In this document: positions 45,636-54,519 of the stretch, one piece after another
How positions within the stretch are numbered: the first letter of the stretch is position 1
Layout: the number at the start of each line of letters is the position of its first letter
Sequence record: PQ898602.1
Direction: 5' to 3' (one strand)
DNA length: 64,000 bases
Program-made: the position numbers and the translations under genes
The notes under the pieces: generated by a model
The model's input: the letters and a program-made list of their open reading frames with translations, nothing else
What the model was told of the DNA's origin: nothing
The model's database searches: none

Positions 45636-46634
45636 TTGTGCAATGATACCATCATGAAGAAAAACACCCATCTCGAACACCCCGAAGACACAATCTTCGG
45701 TGGTAAAGAAGATTTTATGGAGATGCTTCGGTTTCTCCGTTGTGAAGACAATACCATCTCTGTCAAGTATGATGGAGCACCTGCAATCGTGTGGGGGATT
45801 GATCCACAAACTAAGAGATTCTTTGTCGGAACTAAATCAGTCTTCAACAAAGTAAAGATCAAGATAAACTATACTCACGCAGATATTGAGAAGAATCACG
45901 GAGACAAACCCCGTGTAGCATCAATCCTACATTCTTGCATGGATTGTTTACCTCGTATCGAGGGAATCTTTCAGGGTGATTTTATTGGTTGGGGTGGAGA
46001 AAGGGTCTACACTCCTAATTGCATCACCTACAAGTTTTTCGACACGATTGCACCCGAAACGATTGTGTTTGCTGCTCATACTCACTACGTTGGTAACACT
46101 ATCAAGGATGCAGAGGTTCGCTTTGGTTTCCCCTATGATGTTTCCCCTCCTGAAGTATTTGCAAACCGACAGAAGGGTAAACCATTCGGTCAAGATAAAG
46201 TCCGTTTCGTAAATACAAATGTCACCATTACCTCCCGTCATCGTAGAATTAACCACTTTATTCGCCTTGCTGGTGTGGTTGCAAATCTTGTTACGTTTCC
46301 TGGAAGAAAAGAAGGAGAACGACTGAAGATTCAGGTCAATCGTTGTATCCGTGAACAGAAAGATATTTCTGATGCAGGTATGTCCAAGATGCAAACATAT
46401 CTCTACAAACTTATCATGCACATCAAAGAATTGTTGATGGAAAACATGGAAGCAGATGAGTTGTGTAAGTGTTACTTTGAAGAGGAAGAATGTGACCATG
46501 AAGGTGCAGTCATGTCCAACAGATATGGTACCTTTAAGTTAGTTGATCGACGTGAATTTTCTTACAGAAACTTTACAACTGCTAAGAAATGGTTGAATGA
46601 AGGTGCTAAAGTAACCTTCCCCATGGACACCTGA
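45636..46634 (+). CDS. Hypothetical protein with ligase/nucleotidyltransferase-like motifs
   Basis: SVKYDGAP (KxDG), FQGDF, HEGAV, FKLV; likely start ATG 45654. Confidence 0.6.
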   Translation: MCNDTIMKKNTHLEHPEDTIFGGKEDFMEMLRFLRCEDNTISVKYDGAPAIVWGIDPQTKRFFVGTKSVFNKVKIKINYTHADIEKNHGDKPRVASILHSCMDCLPRIEGIFQGDFIGWGGERVYTPNCITYKFFDTIAPETIVFAAHTHYVGNTIKDAEVRFGFPYDVSPPEVFANRQKGKPFGQDKVRFVNTNVTITSRHRRINHFIRLAGVVANLVTFPGRKEGERLKIQVNRCIREQKDISDAGMSKMQTYLYKLIMHIKELLMENMEADELCKCYFEEEECDHEGAVMSNRYGTFKLVDRREFSYRNFTTAKKWLNEGAKVTFPMDT

Positions 46635-46704
46635 TTAAAGTGTCCACCAGAGGCGCCAGGCGGTCCTGTGGCGTGTATTATTAAAGAGTCAAAGGGATTT
46701 CATC

Positions 46705-46869
46705 ATGTTCATGCACAAACTTCCAAACGGCAATGTTATCATGCACGAGGGATTGCCCCGTGATCTTGCTATCAAACGGATGGAAGATCATGAGCGTTGG
46801 GTACAAGAACACCGCGAAGAATTGGAGGTGAGTTCTCAACAATTATTTGACGATATGTTCGGAGGTTGA
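46705..46869 (+). CDS. Small hypothetical protein (54 aa)
   Basis: Hand translation MFMHKLPNGNVIMHEG...; directly follows the AGAGTCAAAGG leader. Confidence 0.55.
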   Translation: MFMHKLPNGNVIMHEGLPRDLAIKRMEDHERWVQEHREELEVSSQQLFDDMFGG

Positions 46870-46873
46870 TATA

Positions 46874-47056
46874 ATGTTCTTTTCACCTGAAGAATGGGGT
46901 TCTTGGGACGTGAAAAGATTGACTAGAAAAGAATACTATCGGGAATGTTTAGACAAACCCGATAACATCGTAGAGATCGTTACAAAGTATATTGAGACCC
47001 GAACTGGTCCTGAGTTTAGTTCTATCAAACAACACTTAGAAAGACAACTTCCATGA
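46874..47056 (+). CDS. Small hypothetical protein
   Basis: GGAGG RBS; within track ORF 46847-47056. Confidence 0.55.
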   Translation: MFFSPEEWGSWDVKRLTRKEYYRECLDKPDNIVEIVTKYIETRTGPEFSSIKQHLERQLP

Positions 47057-47253
47057 AATTTCGAGTCACTTTCATTCACTTTGATTTTGAAGATGACAAT
47101 TTTGAATTGCCTCCAGCAATGCAAGCAGAAGTCATCGATGAAACTTTCTCTACGATTTGGGAAGCAGACGATGAGGAAGATTTAGTGGAAGAGATTACAG
47201 CAGCAACAGGATTCTGCGTTAATTCTATCGATTACGAACACGTTCTTAACTGA
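47053..47253 (+). CDS. Small acidic hypothetical protein
   Basis: ATGA-coupled; 66 aa. Confidence 0.65.
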   Translation: MKFRVTFIHFDFEDDNFELPPAMQAEVIDETFSTIWEADDEEDLVEEITAATGFCVNSIDYEHVLN

Positions 47254-47520
47254 AACTCATGACTTATCTTGAATTGCTCGAAAAACTGCAATGTTGTTCC
47301 AAAGAAACATTGCAACAGGATGTCACCTTTTATGACATTTCCGATGATGAATTTATCCCTGCTTCGGAAACACATTACACCGACGATAATTCACAGGTTC
47401 TTGATCCTAAACACCTCTACATTGCTTTCTAATTGAGCAATGTGACAATCTACGTGCTGCACACTGATCTCGCCAACGGGATCGGTGTGTCTGTATAATT
47501 AACAAAGTTAATTCAAAGAC

Positions 47521-48087
47521 ATGCAAATCTCTCATGTTCCTGGTGTAACTCGCGTTGGTGAAATTACACTTAACGGGAAAGAATACAAGGGCAAAAAACA
47601 TGTCTTCCACAAAAGGAAACTTGCACTTGATTATGATGCAAACTTTCCTAAGGAGTTGAAGCGTAAGCACGTTTCACTTGTTTATATTTTCTGTGTTGAT
47701 GGTGAGATATACAAAATTGGACAATCTTCCTGTGGTACTGGTATCGATGGTTGCATGGGTTTCTATCTCAATTCGGGTACAGATGACCCTGGCATTAACA
47801 GGTTCGCGATGAATTTCCTGATTCGTGAGAAACTTACTGCGGGAAGTAAAGTTGAAGTTTATATGATTTACATGGAACCTATTGAAGTTGAGGTTCCTGG
47901 ATTGTTCAAAAGTCAGAAGATGGTTGTGCCTGTGAGTGCAAAAGGTATTGAAGAAACTTGTCTTTCGCAGTATAATGCTATTGAAGGTTGTGTTCCTCAG
48001 TGGAACTTTCAGGAGAATGATGACACAATCCCTGACCACATTCATGAAGCATTTGGACAATACAAAATCGACAGGAAGGTAAAATGA
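47521..48087 (+). CDS. GIY-YIG nuclease of the Hpy188I-like LVY...KIG type
   Basis: LVY-IFCVDGEIY-KIG, later IEE and PQWN. Confidence 0.7.
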   Translation: MQISHVPGVTRVGEITLNGKEYKGKKHVFHKRKLALDYDANFPKELKRKHVSLVYIFCVDGEIYKIGQSSCGTGIDGCMGFYLNSGTDDPGINRFAMNFLIREKLTAGSKVEVYMIYMEPIEVEVPGLFKSQKMVVPVSAKGIEETCLSQYNAIEGCVPQWNFQENDDTIPDHIHEAFGQYKIDRKVK

Positions 48088-48983
48088 AGACACCAATTCG
48101 CTATGCAGGTGGTAAATCTAAAGCATACAACATTATCACCGAATACTTACCTAAACTCCCGTATCCTGAGAGAATTATTTCACCATTTATTGGTGGAGGT
48201 TCGCTTGAATCTAGGTGGTCATCTGAGGTGGGAGTTGAAGTAATTGGTTTCGACATTTTCGATGCACTGGTGAACTTCTGGCAACAACTTCTTGCAGATA
48301 GTGATGCACTCGCGGATAAGTGTAGGACGTTGGTACCTACAAAGGAAGAATATGCTCGAGTGAAAGAAGAGTTAATGTGTTGGGATTATACTCAAGATAT
48401 GTTGAAAGATTGGTCAACTAATCATTACAAACGCGATGCGAAAGAACTTGATAACTTAACTGCTGCAGCATACTATTACTTTAATCATAATCTTTCCTAT
48501 GGTCCGATGTACCTGGGTTGGATGAGTAAGATCTATGAATCCCAAACAAAATGGGATCGAATGGTGAACAATATCCGTGCATATAAGAACCCTAACTTCT
48601 CAGTGAAGAAAGGAGACTTTGCAGAGGTTGTTGATAGTCACTCCACAGACTTTTTGTATCTCGATCCTCCGTATTATTTGGAGAAAGATAGTGATAACAA
48701 AATGTTGAAGGGGATGTATCCGAACTGCAACATTGACGTTCATCATAGTGGTTTCGATCATGAAAAGTTGAGGGATTTGCTACACAATCACAAAGGTAGT
48801 TTCATCCTCTCGTATAACAACTGCGAGACAATCCGTGAGTATTATGCTGACTTTGACCTCTACTATCCTGAGTGGCATTATTCATATCAAGCAGGAGAAA
48901 CTAGGGTCGGAAAGTATAAGAAAGAACGTGGAGTCGATCACAATAAGAAAGAGTCTCATGAGATTCTCATTGTTAAGGTTTGA
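48084..48983 (+). CDS. Dam-like (D12 class) N6-adenine DNA methyltransferase
   Basis: RYAGGKS, SPFIGGGS (motif I), YLDPPY (motif IV). Confidence 0.9.
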   Translation: MKTPIRYAGGKSKAYNIITEYLPKLPYPERIISPFIGGGSLESRWSSEVGVEVIGFDIFDALVNFWQQLLADSDALADKCRTLVPTKEEYARVKEELMCWDYTQDMLKDWSTNHYKRDAKELDNLTAAAYYYFNHNLSYGPMYLGWMSKIYESQTKWDRMVNNIRAYKNPNFSVKKGDFAEVVDSHSTDFLYLDPPYYLEKDSDNKMLKGMYPNCNIDVHHSGFDHEKLRDLLHNHKGSFILSYNNCETIREYYADFDLYYPEWHYSYQAGETRVGKYKKERGVDHNKKESHEILIVKV

Positions 48984-49069
48984 GTGTGCCAGTTGATCAA
49001 AGTGTCCACTAATCCCGCCAGAGGGTCCAATCCCGTGTATATTAAAAGAGTCAAAGGGATTCGCACTAA

Positions 49070-49321
49070 ATGCAACTCACCGCAAAAAGTGGAAACATGG
49101 TTGTTGACTTCTACCCCGTCAAATTTGCAACGGGTGAGATTCACAATCGACTGATGTTGAAGGTTGTTACTTTCTTTGGTAAAACTCAGTCTAAGAGTTA
49201 TATCAACAAGAAAGATTTTCAACGTGAAGTTGATTCCCGTGTTGAAGGTTATGGTTATCAAGTGACTGAAATGCACACTGAACCGCAACTCTTTAACTCT
49301 GCAATGGGTATGGGTTGTTAA
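49070..49321 (+). CDS. Small hypothetical protein
   Basis: Follows a dyad promoter and the leader motif. Confidence 0.65.
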   Translation: MQLTAKSGNMVVDFYPVKFATGEIHNRLMLKVVTFFGKTQSKSYINKKDFQREVDSRVEGYGYQVTEMHTEPQLFNSAMGMGC

Positions 49322-49367
49322 TGCTTTACTTCCTCTCAGTTGTTGTTATCATCCTTTCTCTTTTCTC

Positions 49368-49706
49368 ATGATTCTCGAACAAACCAAACCACAATTTCTG
49401 ACCGAAGCACTCATCGAAGTTTGCAACAATCAGTGGAAAGTTGATGCACTTGAATCGGGTCATTCTGTTTATACTCAACTGGAAATGGAAGAGGGTCGAA
49501 AGTATATCAAAGTCTGGTCTTATCTTGTCGGTCCTGAAGGAAGACTTTACGGACGTTCCTGCTGGATGTTTATTGATAAGAACTCGGGTGAATGTTACAA
49601 ACCTGCATCATACAAAGCACCTGCAAAAGGTGTCCGTTATCTGATCACTCAACTTGCAGATAATCCTCACATTTGTGACCCTTATGGTTCCTTTCTTTAC
49701 CTCTGA
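49368..49706 (+). CDS. Hypothetical protein typical of cyanomyoviruses
   Basis: GRKYIKV...FIDKNSGECYKPASYKAPAKGVRY pattern. Confidence 0.7.
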   Translation: MILEQTKPQFLTEALIEVCNNQWKVDALESGHSVYTQLEMEEGRKYIKVWSYLVGPEGRLYGRSCWMFIDKNSGECYKPASYKAPAKGVRYLITQLADNPHICDPYGSFLYL

Positions 49707-49865
49707 TTATGATTACTAACAAGACACAAATGTTGAAGGTGATTGCACAAACTGCATCACCACATAATCTCACCCGAGAACAAAAGTTTGAAGTTTTTGT
49801 TAGAGTCTGCGACAACATGTTGGCAGAAGGTAGAATCTCTAAAGTAAATCACACTCGTTGGACTA

Positions 49866-50051
49866 ATGTTTTCTAAGTATCAAATCAAACGTGCTGCTAA
49901 GTATTCCTTAGCGATTGCACTCATAATTCCTGCTATCTCCGCAATCTTTTATCTGATTTCGTTTGCTCCTGCACCAGTTGCAATGGGAGCACTCTTTGGT
50001 CTCTTTAGTTTTCCTGTCTTTCTCTTCTTCTGTAAATATACAACTCTATGA
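49866..50051 (+). CDS. Small membrane protein
   Basis: Two hydrophobic helices. Confidence 0.55.
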   Translation: MFSKYQIKRAAKYSLAIALIIPAISAIFYLISFAPAPVAMGALFGLFSFPVFLFFCKYTTL

Positions 50052-50248
50052 AGAGAATTGAAGACCCAATGTTGAAACTAATACTTGCAAAAACGCAAGT
50101 ATCTAATGTTATCGAACTCGTCAAAGATAATGAGTTTGAACAACACTTGTCCACCAAACTTTGGTCAGTTTATTATGAACTTGAACGACAACAAAGGAAC
50201 CTCCATCATCAACAAAAAAATGGGTGTGACACTCACCAAACTGGTTGA
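50048..50248 (+). CDS. Small hypothetical protein
   Basis: ATGA-coupled ORF. Confidence 0.55.
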   Translation: MKRIEDPMLKLILAKTQVSNVIELVKDNEFEQHLSTKLWSVYYELERQQRNLHHQQKNGCDTHQTG

Positions 50249-50307
50249 TAAATGGTTGTGGAGTCGTCTCGACATCTTATACTGATTTAGTTGAGAGGAA
50301 CACCACC

Positions 50308-50496
50308 ATGCGTCACACAAAAGCACAAGTTCTTGACCAGTTTCGTTACAACTGGAAAGTGGCAGTTATCTCTGATAAGTCGCTCAAAGGTGACGCAATC
50401 GCTAAACGTGAGTATTGGAACAATTTTGTTGATAGTCTCAACAAAGAGGGTCTAGTTTCTGATTATCAAGTAAACAACTGGACAAATCCTTTCTGA
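50308..50496 (+). CDS. Small hypothetical protein
   Basis: GAGG RBS before ATG 50308 within track ORF 50245-50496. Confidence 0.6.
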   Translation: MRHTKAQVLDQFRYNWKVAVISDKSLKGDAIAKREYWNNFVDSLNKEGLVSDYQVNNWTNPF

Positions 50497-50674
50497 TGAA
50501 TAAGACAAGATCTCTTAAAGAACTTCGCATCATTCACATGAAATTTGTCCTCTTGGTTATCATCGGTGTTCTTCTTTGGAATAACAACGATGCGCGACGA
50601 TTTACCGCAGATGTGCTAAATGACGCTGCGGAAGTTGTGCGACCTGACTCACACCAACTTAAGATCACATTCTA

Positions 50675-50866
50675 ATGTTCGATGTATCAGAAGAACTGCA
50701 ATTTGTGATCGAAAGACTCAAAAATGCAGTGGTAGTTTCCAACGATTCTTGTAGCGATCCTGAACGGGGTTATCCTTTCGCTACTGGTTATTCTAGGTCT
50801 GCGATGGAAGATTCTATCGAAGATCTCAAACAAATTCTTTACACTCTTCAAAATGGACAAAATTGA
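50675..50866 (+). CDS. Small hypothetical protein
   Basis: 63 aa; RGYPFATGYSRSAM. Confidence 0.6.
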   Translation: MFDVSEELQFVIERLKNAVVVSNDSCSDPERGYPFATGYSRSAMEDSIEDLKQILYTLQNGQN

Positions 50867-51044
50867 TTTTCTCACTCAAACTGTTGAAACTGGAGGTTAT
50901 GAAATGTCTGTAGATTCATGGGTGGTTCTTGAGAAGATTGCGTCACAACTTGAATTGACTGTTGATTATCTCCTAGATGAATTTGCGGTTGATGGTAAGA
51001 TCGATTTAGAAGGATTGTGTGACGTAAATGTTAATTATGACTAG
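50853..51044 (+). CDS. Small acidic hypothetical protein
   Basis: Overlap-coupled ORF. Confidence 0.55.
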   Translation: MDKIDFLTQTVETGGYEMSVDSWVVLEKIASQLELTVDYLLDEFAVDGKIDLEGLCDVNVNYD

Positions 51045-51298
51045 TGGACGGTTCCCCAGGTGGTTTCGCGGTTTTGTATCACCACGAACTACCTGAACCC
51101 CTGGGGTTCTGTATCTTAGAAGAGTCAAAGGAACACAACTCGCGAATGACACTTTCCGATCTCTTTTCTCACCTGGACAAAATGGAAACGGGAAACCAAT
51201 GTGTTAAGTTCATCGATTTATTGATTGAACATGGTTACCTAGAACTGCGCTGATTCTTCCTTCTTTCATTCACACTTTCCTCACTCTTTTTTTCTCCC

Positions 51299-51619
51299 AT
51301 GCGTAAGATCGAACGACTGATGAATGCCGCCATCGCTGATGGTCGCGATTGGAAGTCTGCTAACACTGAAGTAATCATGAAGGACAATGGTGCTGCAGTT
51401 GTTTATCTTCACGGGAACAAGATTGCAGAAATTGGTGAAGGTTACATTCAAATCTGGGATGGTGGTTGGCAATCTAACACCACTAAATCTCGTCTGAATG
51501 CTATCTTCGATGAGAACGGATTGCCTGGTGAAGGTGTATTCCAAAAGAACTTTGTTTGGAAGGTTCGCTTGTCTGATGGTAGTGAGATTCCTTTCTTTTC
51601 AGGTATGCGTTTGAACTAA
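51299..51619 (+). CDS. Conserved phage hypothetical protein
   Basis: MRKIERLMNAAI...VYLHGNKIA...GGWQSNTTKSRLNA pattern. Confidence 0.75.
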   Translation: MRKIERLMNAAIADGRDWKSANTEVIMKDNGAAVVYLHGNKIAEIGEGYIQIWDGGWQSNTTKSRLNAIFDENGLPGEGVFQKNFVWKVRLSDGSEIPFFSGMRLN

Positions 51620-51805
51620 TGATTAAACCCGAAGTGTTGTTGATTGTGGTGGTTTCAATGTTAGCGACTGCGTTGACATTGATCGAGGTTGGTAAAACAA
51701 TTAAACCACCAGAAAACCAATCCGTGAACTGTCCCAACCCCCTATTGCAGAATCCCTGAAAATATGGGATTCTATAAGAGTCAAAGGAACACCACTCAAA
51801 CCCAC

Positions 51806-51988
51806 ATGACTTTTGAAACTGCACTCCTCTCCTCGGGTTATGTTTATGATGCACAACCTGGAGTGTATATGAAAGAAGAACAAAATGGAGTTCTTCACAC
51901 TTACATGCAAATCGATGGTGATGTTTGGAACTACGAAAAGTACGATGCAGATGATAATGTTCTGATGACCAAAGAGTTCACTCTCTGA
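51806..51988 (+). CDS. Small hypothetical protein
   Basis: ATG 51806 follows the leader motif; within track ORF 51764-51988. Confidence 0.6.
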   Translation: MTFETALLSSGYVYDAQPGVYMKEEQNGVLHTYMQIDGDVWNYEKYDADDNVLMTKEFTL

Positions 51989-52025
51989 TCTTACTTTCTC
52001 ACTCAAACATTTTTCTCTTTTCATT

Positions 52026-52214
52026 ATGACTTCACAAGAAATGTCCGCAACAATCTATCGAGGTTTGTTCACTGACGAAGAATGGAATGTGATCGATTGT
52101 GCGTTGTCTGAGTATCAAGATCACTTCGATGGTAGTGATACTCCCGAGGAGATTATTTACAACCGAGTTCAAGACAAAATTACTGCAATCTTCGATCTCA
52201 CCAAAGGTAAGTGA
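52026..52214 (+). CDS. Small hypothetical protein
   Basis: 62 aa in a tightly packed run. Confidence 0.6.
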   Translation: MTSQEMSATIYRGLFTDEEWNVIDCALSEYQDHFDGSDTPEEIIYNRVQDKITAIFDLTKGK

Positions 52215-52468
52215 TTATGCACCCTTATTACACAACAAACTTCGCAGATCGTGAAATGTTTGCACACAATGCAAAAGTGAGAAAACAGAAAGAAGAATTG
52301 AACCGCATTTTGTCACAACCAGAGGAAAGAATTAAATACGCATTTATCTTTCTGGACGATCATGGTTTCGATCCTGAGGATGATTATTCCGAAGAAGTTC
52401 GGGTAAAATGTTACAACGGAATCGCAAAGTATTCCGACAAACTTGACACTTCTGAATCACACTATTGA
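52211..52468 (+). CDS. Small hypothetical protein
   Basis: Overlap-coupled ORF. Confidence 0.6.
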   Translation: MIMHPYYTTNFADREMFAHNAKVRKQKEELNRILSQPEERIKYAFIFLDDHGFDPEDDYSEEVRVKCYNGIAKYSDKLDTSESHY

Positions 52469-52662
52469 TGCAAACAACAACCGCAACTTATGTCATCAAT
52501 GTAGTCACGGAAGATGAAAACGTGATTACATTTTACAAGACTCTTCCAACTCGTCCGAAAACATCGAAGGGGAGAAAATCACAGAACGATAAGTTATGTA
52601 AGTGGGTCGAAAAAGAATATCCTGATTTTACTTCATACGAAATTCTTCCTCTTTCCAAATGA
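52465..52662 (+). CDS. Small hypothetical protein
   Basis: Overlap-coupled ORF. Confidence 0.6.
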   Translation: MMQTTTATYVINVVTEDENVITFYKTLPTRPKTSKGRKSQNDKLCKWVEKEYPDFTSYEILPLSK

Positions 52663-52940
52663 ACTACACTCTCAAAGAACTTCAAGAACGTGTCAACAAA
52701 CTGATCGAACTTCAGGGTGAAAATGCACATTGTGCCGCGTGGATTTATACTCGGGAAGATTGTCATTTGAAGGATGAAAATGGTGAGTTTGATTATGATA
52801 ACGTTGTAGAAGATCCTAAGGTTGTTGAACGTATCTTCGATGATGTTGGGAACATTGATTATATCTACCAGGTGATTCAAGAGTGCGTAGATGAGGTTAC
52901 AGAGGAACAAATGATGCAACAACAACAAGAATTAGTATGA
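52659..52940 (+). CDS. Small acidic hypothetical protein
   Basis: ATGA-coupled; 93 aa. Confidence 0.65.
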   Translation: MNYTLKELQERVNKLIELQGENAHCAAWIYTREDCHLKDENGEFDYDNVVEDPKVVERIFDDVGNIDYIYQVIQECVDEVTEEQMMQQQQELV

Positions 52941-53005
52941 GTACATTTACGATCTTTATTACCATTTACCTCGGTACACTTTTAGTTAAGTCTCTCTTAG
53001 ATTAA

Positions 53006-53257
53006 ATGTCTTTTGTTTCTACTTTCGACCACACCAATCCGATGACTGATTCTAAACTCACAAAATCCCAACTTGAACAACTTAAGTGTAACTATGCTGA
53101 GTTAATTGTAGAGGGAATGGATATGGATACGTTAATCACTTTTGCAGTTGAAAGTATTGAAAAGAATCTGAAAGATTGGGATGAAGATGATATTAAAGAA
53201 GAAGTATTGGAGTATTATGGTGATGAAACTTTTGAAGGATTGATGGAGGGAGTGTAA
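53006..53257 (+). CDS. Small acidic hypothetical protein
   Basis: 83 aa. Confidence 0.6.
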   Translation: MSFVSTFDHTNPMTDSKLTKSQLEQLKCNYAELIVEGMDMDTLITFAVESIEKNLKDWDEDDIKEEVLEYYGDETFEGLMEGV

Positions 53258-53438
53258 TGACTAAACACGACAATTTCATGAATAAACTTACACAAACTGA
53301 ACAGGACAAACTTTATAGAGAGATCGTCAAGTTTGAACAATATGAGTTCATTGATATGATAACATCTAAGTATAACAAATCAGTTGCATATAAAACCAAA
53401 ATAGTATAAAATACTAAAGGTTAATTCTTCTCTTTCAA

Positions 53439-53639
53439 ATGCAAACAATCAACCCACAATCGAAGGTCACCAGATACAGAGTTACACTAGATTTCACAGT
53501 TGATGTAAGTAATTGCGTAACACCAAGTCAATGGAATTGGAAAGAACTTTTAGAGTTAGAAGGTAAGGAACAAGTCAAAGAGGTTTATGTAGAGAACCTC
53601 GGTGAAATTAACACTAAAGGTAAGAAGAAAGGGAAGTGA
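53439..53639 (+). CDS. Small hypothetical protein
   Basis: 66 aa. Confidence 0.6.
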   Translation: MQTINPQSKVTRYRVTLDFTVDVSNCVTPSQWNWKELLELEGKEQVKEVYVENLGEINTKGKKKGK

Positions 53640-53942
53640 TTATGAATGAGTATTTTATCAACGAACTGCAAGAACAAGAGGAGGAAACTGATACCATCGG
53701 GAGAACAAGTCTCCCTCTATCTATCGATTATGATGATGAATCTGTAGGGTATGAAATAGAGTCTTATGACCCGTAAGTTACTCCTGAGTGTCTCACAAAT
53801 ACCTCTGAAGATACCCAGGAGTTACTATTATTGAATCAATTAAAAATGTATTAAAAAATATACTTGCGTGAATTATCTCTTTTGTTATGTGTAGCGAATT
53901 ATGTGTCTCTAAATGTGTTCAGGTCTTGTGATCTAAGCGCGC

Positions 53943-53971
53943 ACGCTATCACAAACTCTCCGAAATGTCAA
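53943..53971 (-). promoter_or_regulatory. Leftward sigma70-type promoter
   Basis: Minus strand TTGACA (53971-53966), 17 nt, TAGCGT (53948-53943). Confidence 0.5.
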
Positions 53972-54034
53972 CACACCCCCGTCACAAATCCTCTGAGTCT
54001 CACACACATTTTTCTGAGACAATCGTAGGGGAAC

Positions 54035-54063
54035 TTGACACAAACACTCTGAGAGTTTATAAT
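54035..54063 (+). promoter_or_regulatory. Perfect-consensus sigma70 promoter
   Basis: TTGACA (54035-54040), 17 nt, TATAAT (54058-54063). Confidence 0.8.
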
Positions 54064-54264
54064 AACTCTGTAAGGGTTCATAAGGGGGGAATGCTTAGAG
54101 AACGCTAAGGGGTCTTAAGTGTAGCTAACTCCAGTGAGAGTTAGTGAGTATACCATGGATTTATTATTAAAGACGTTATTATGGACACTTGAACATGTTG
54201 CACAGGGTATCACCACAGACCCTCAGAATCGTGTATCTTAAGAGAGTCAAAGGAACACCACTCA

Positions 54265-54519
54265 ATGACCTTCAACATCTCGGAACTTGCGTCTAAGGGT
54301 AACTCTCTCGATCTCCTTATTGCAGAGACTCGTGGTCAAGTAAAGGTGACTAAGTTGCCTACACGGAAACCCCGTAAGTCTGAGTTGGTTATGTCACAAA
54401 CTAAAGGGTCTCGGACTAACACTAACCGCCGTGGACAGAACTATAGCGGACATGCAGTGAATGCACAGACTGCTGTAACTCAGGGGAATCGCACTGCTTA
54501 CTTTAAGACCTCTGGTTGA
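54265..54519 (+). CDS. Small basic hypothetical protein
   Basis: Follows the AGAGTCAAAGG leader. Confidence 0.65.
   Translation: MTFNISELASKGNSLDLLIAETRGQVKVTKLPTRKPRKSELVMSQTKGSRTNTNRRGQNYSGHAVNAQTAVTQGNRTAYFKTSG

Noticed and set aside
51044-51253. 69-aa track ORF starting at GTG 51044
   Set aside because: Its first half spans the dyad, promoter and leader motifs. At most, a 35-aa peptide from ATG 51146 is plausible.
46685-54253. CRISPR array built on the AGAGTCAAAGG repeats
   Set aside because: The repeats are only 11 nt and are spaced irregularly by hundreds to thousands of bases of coding sequence.
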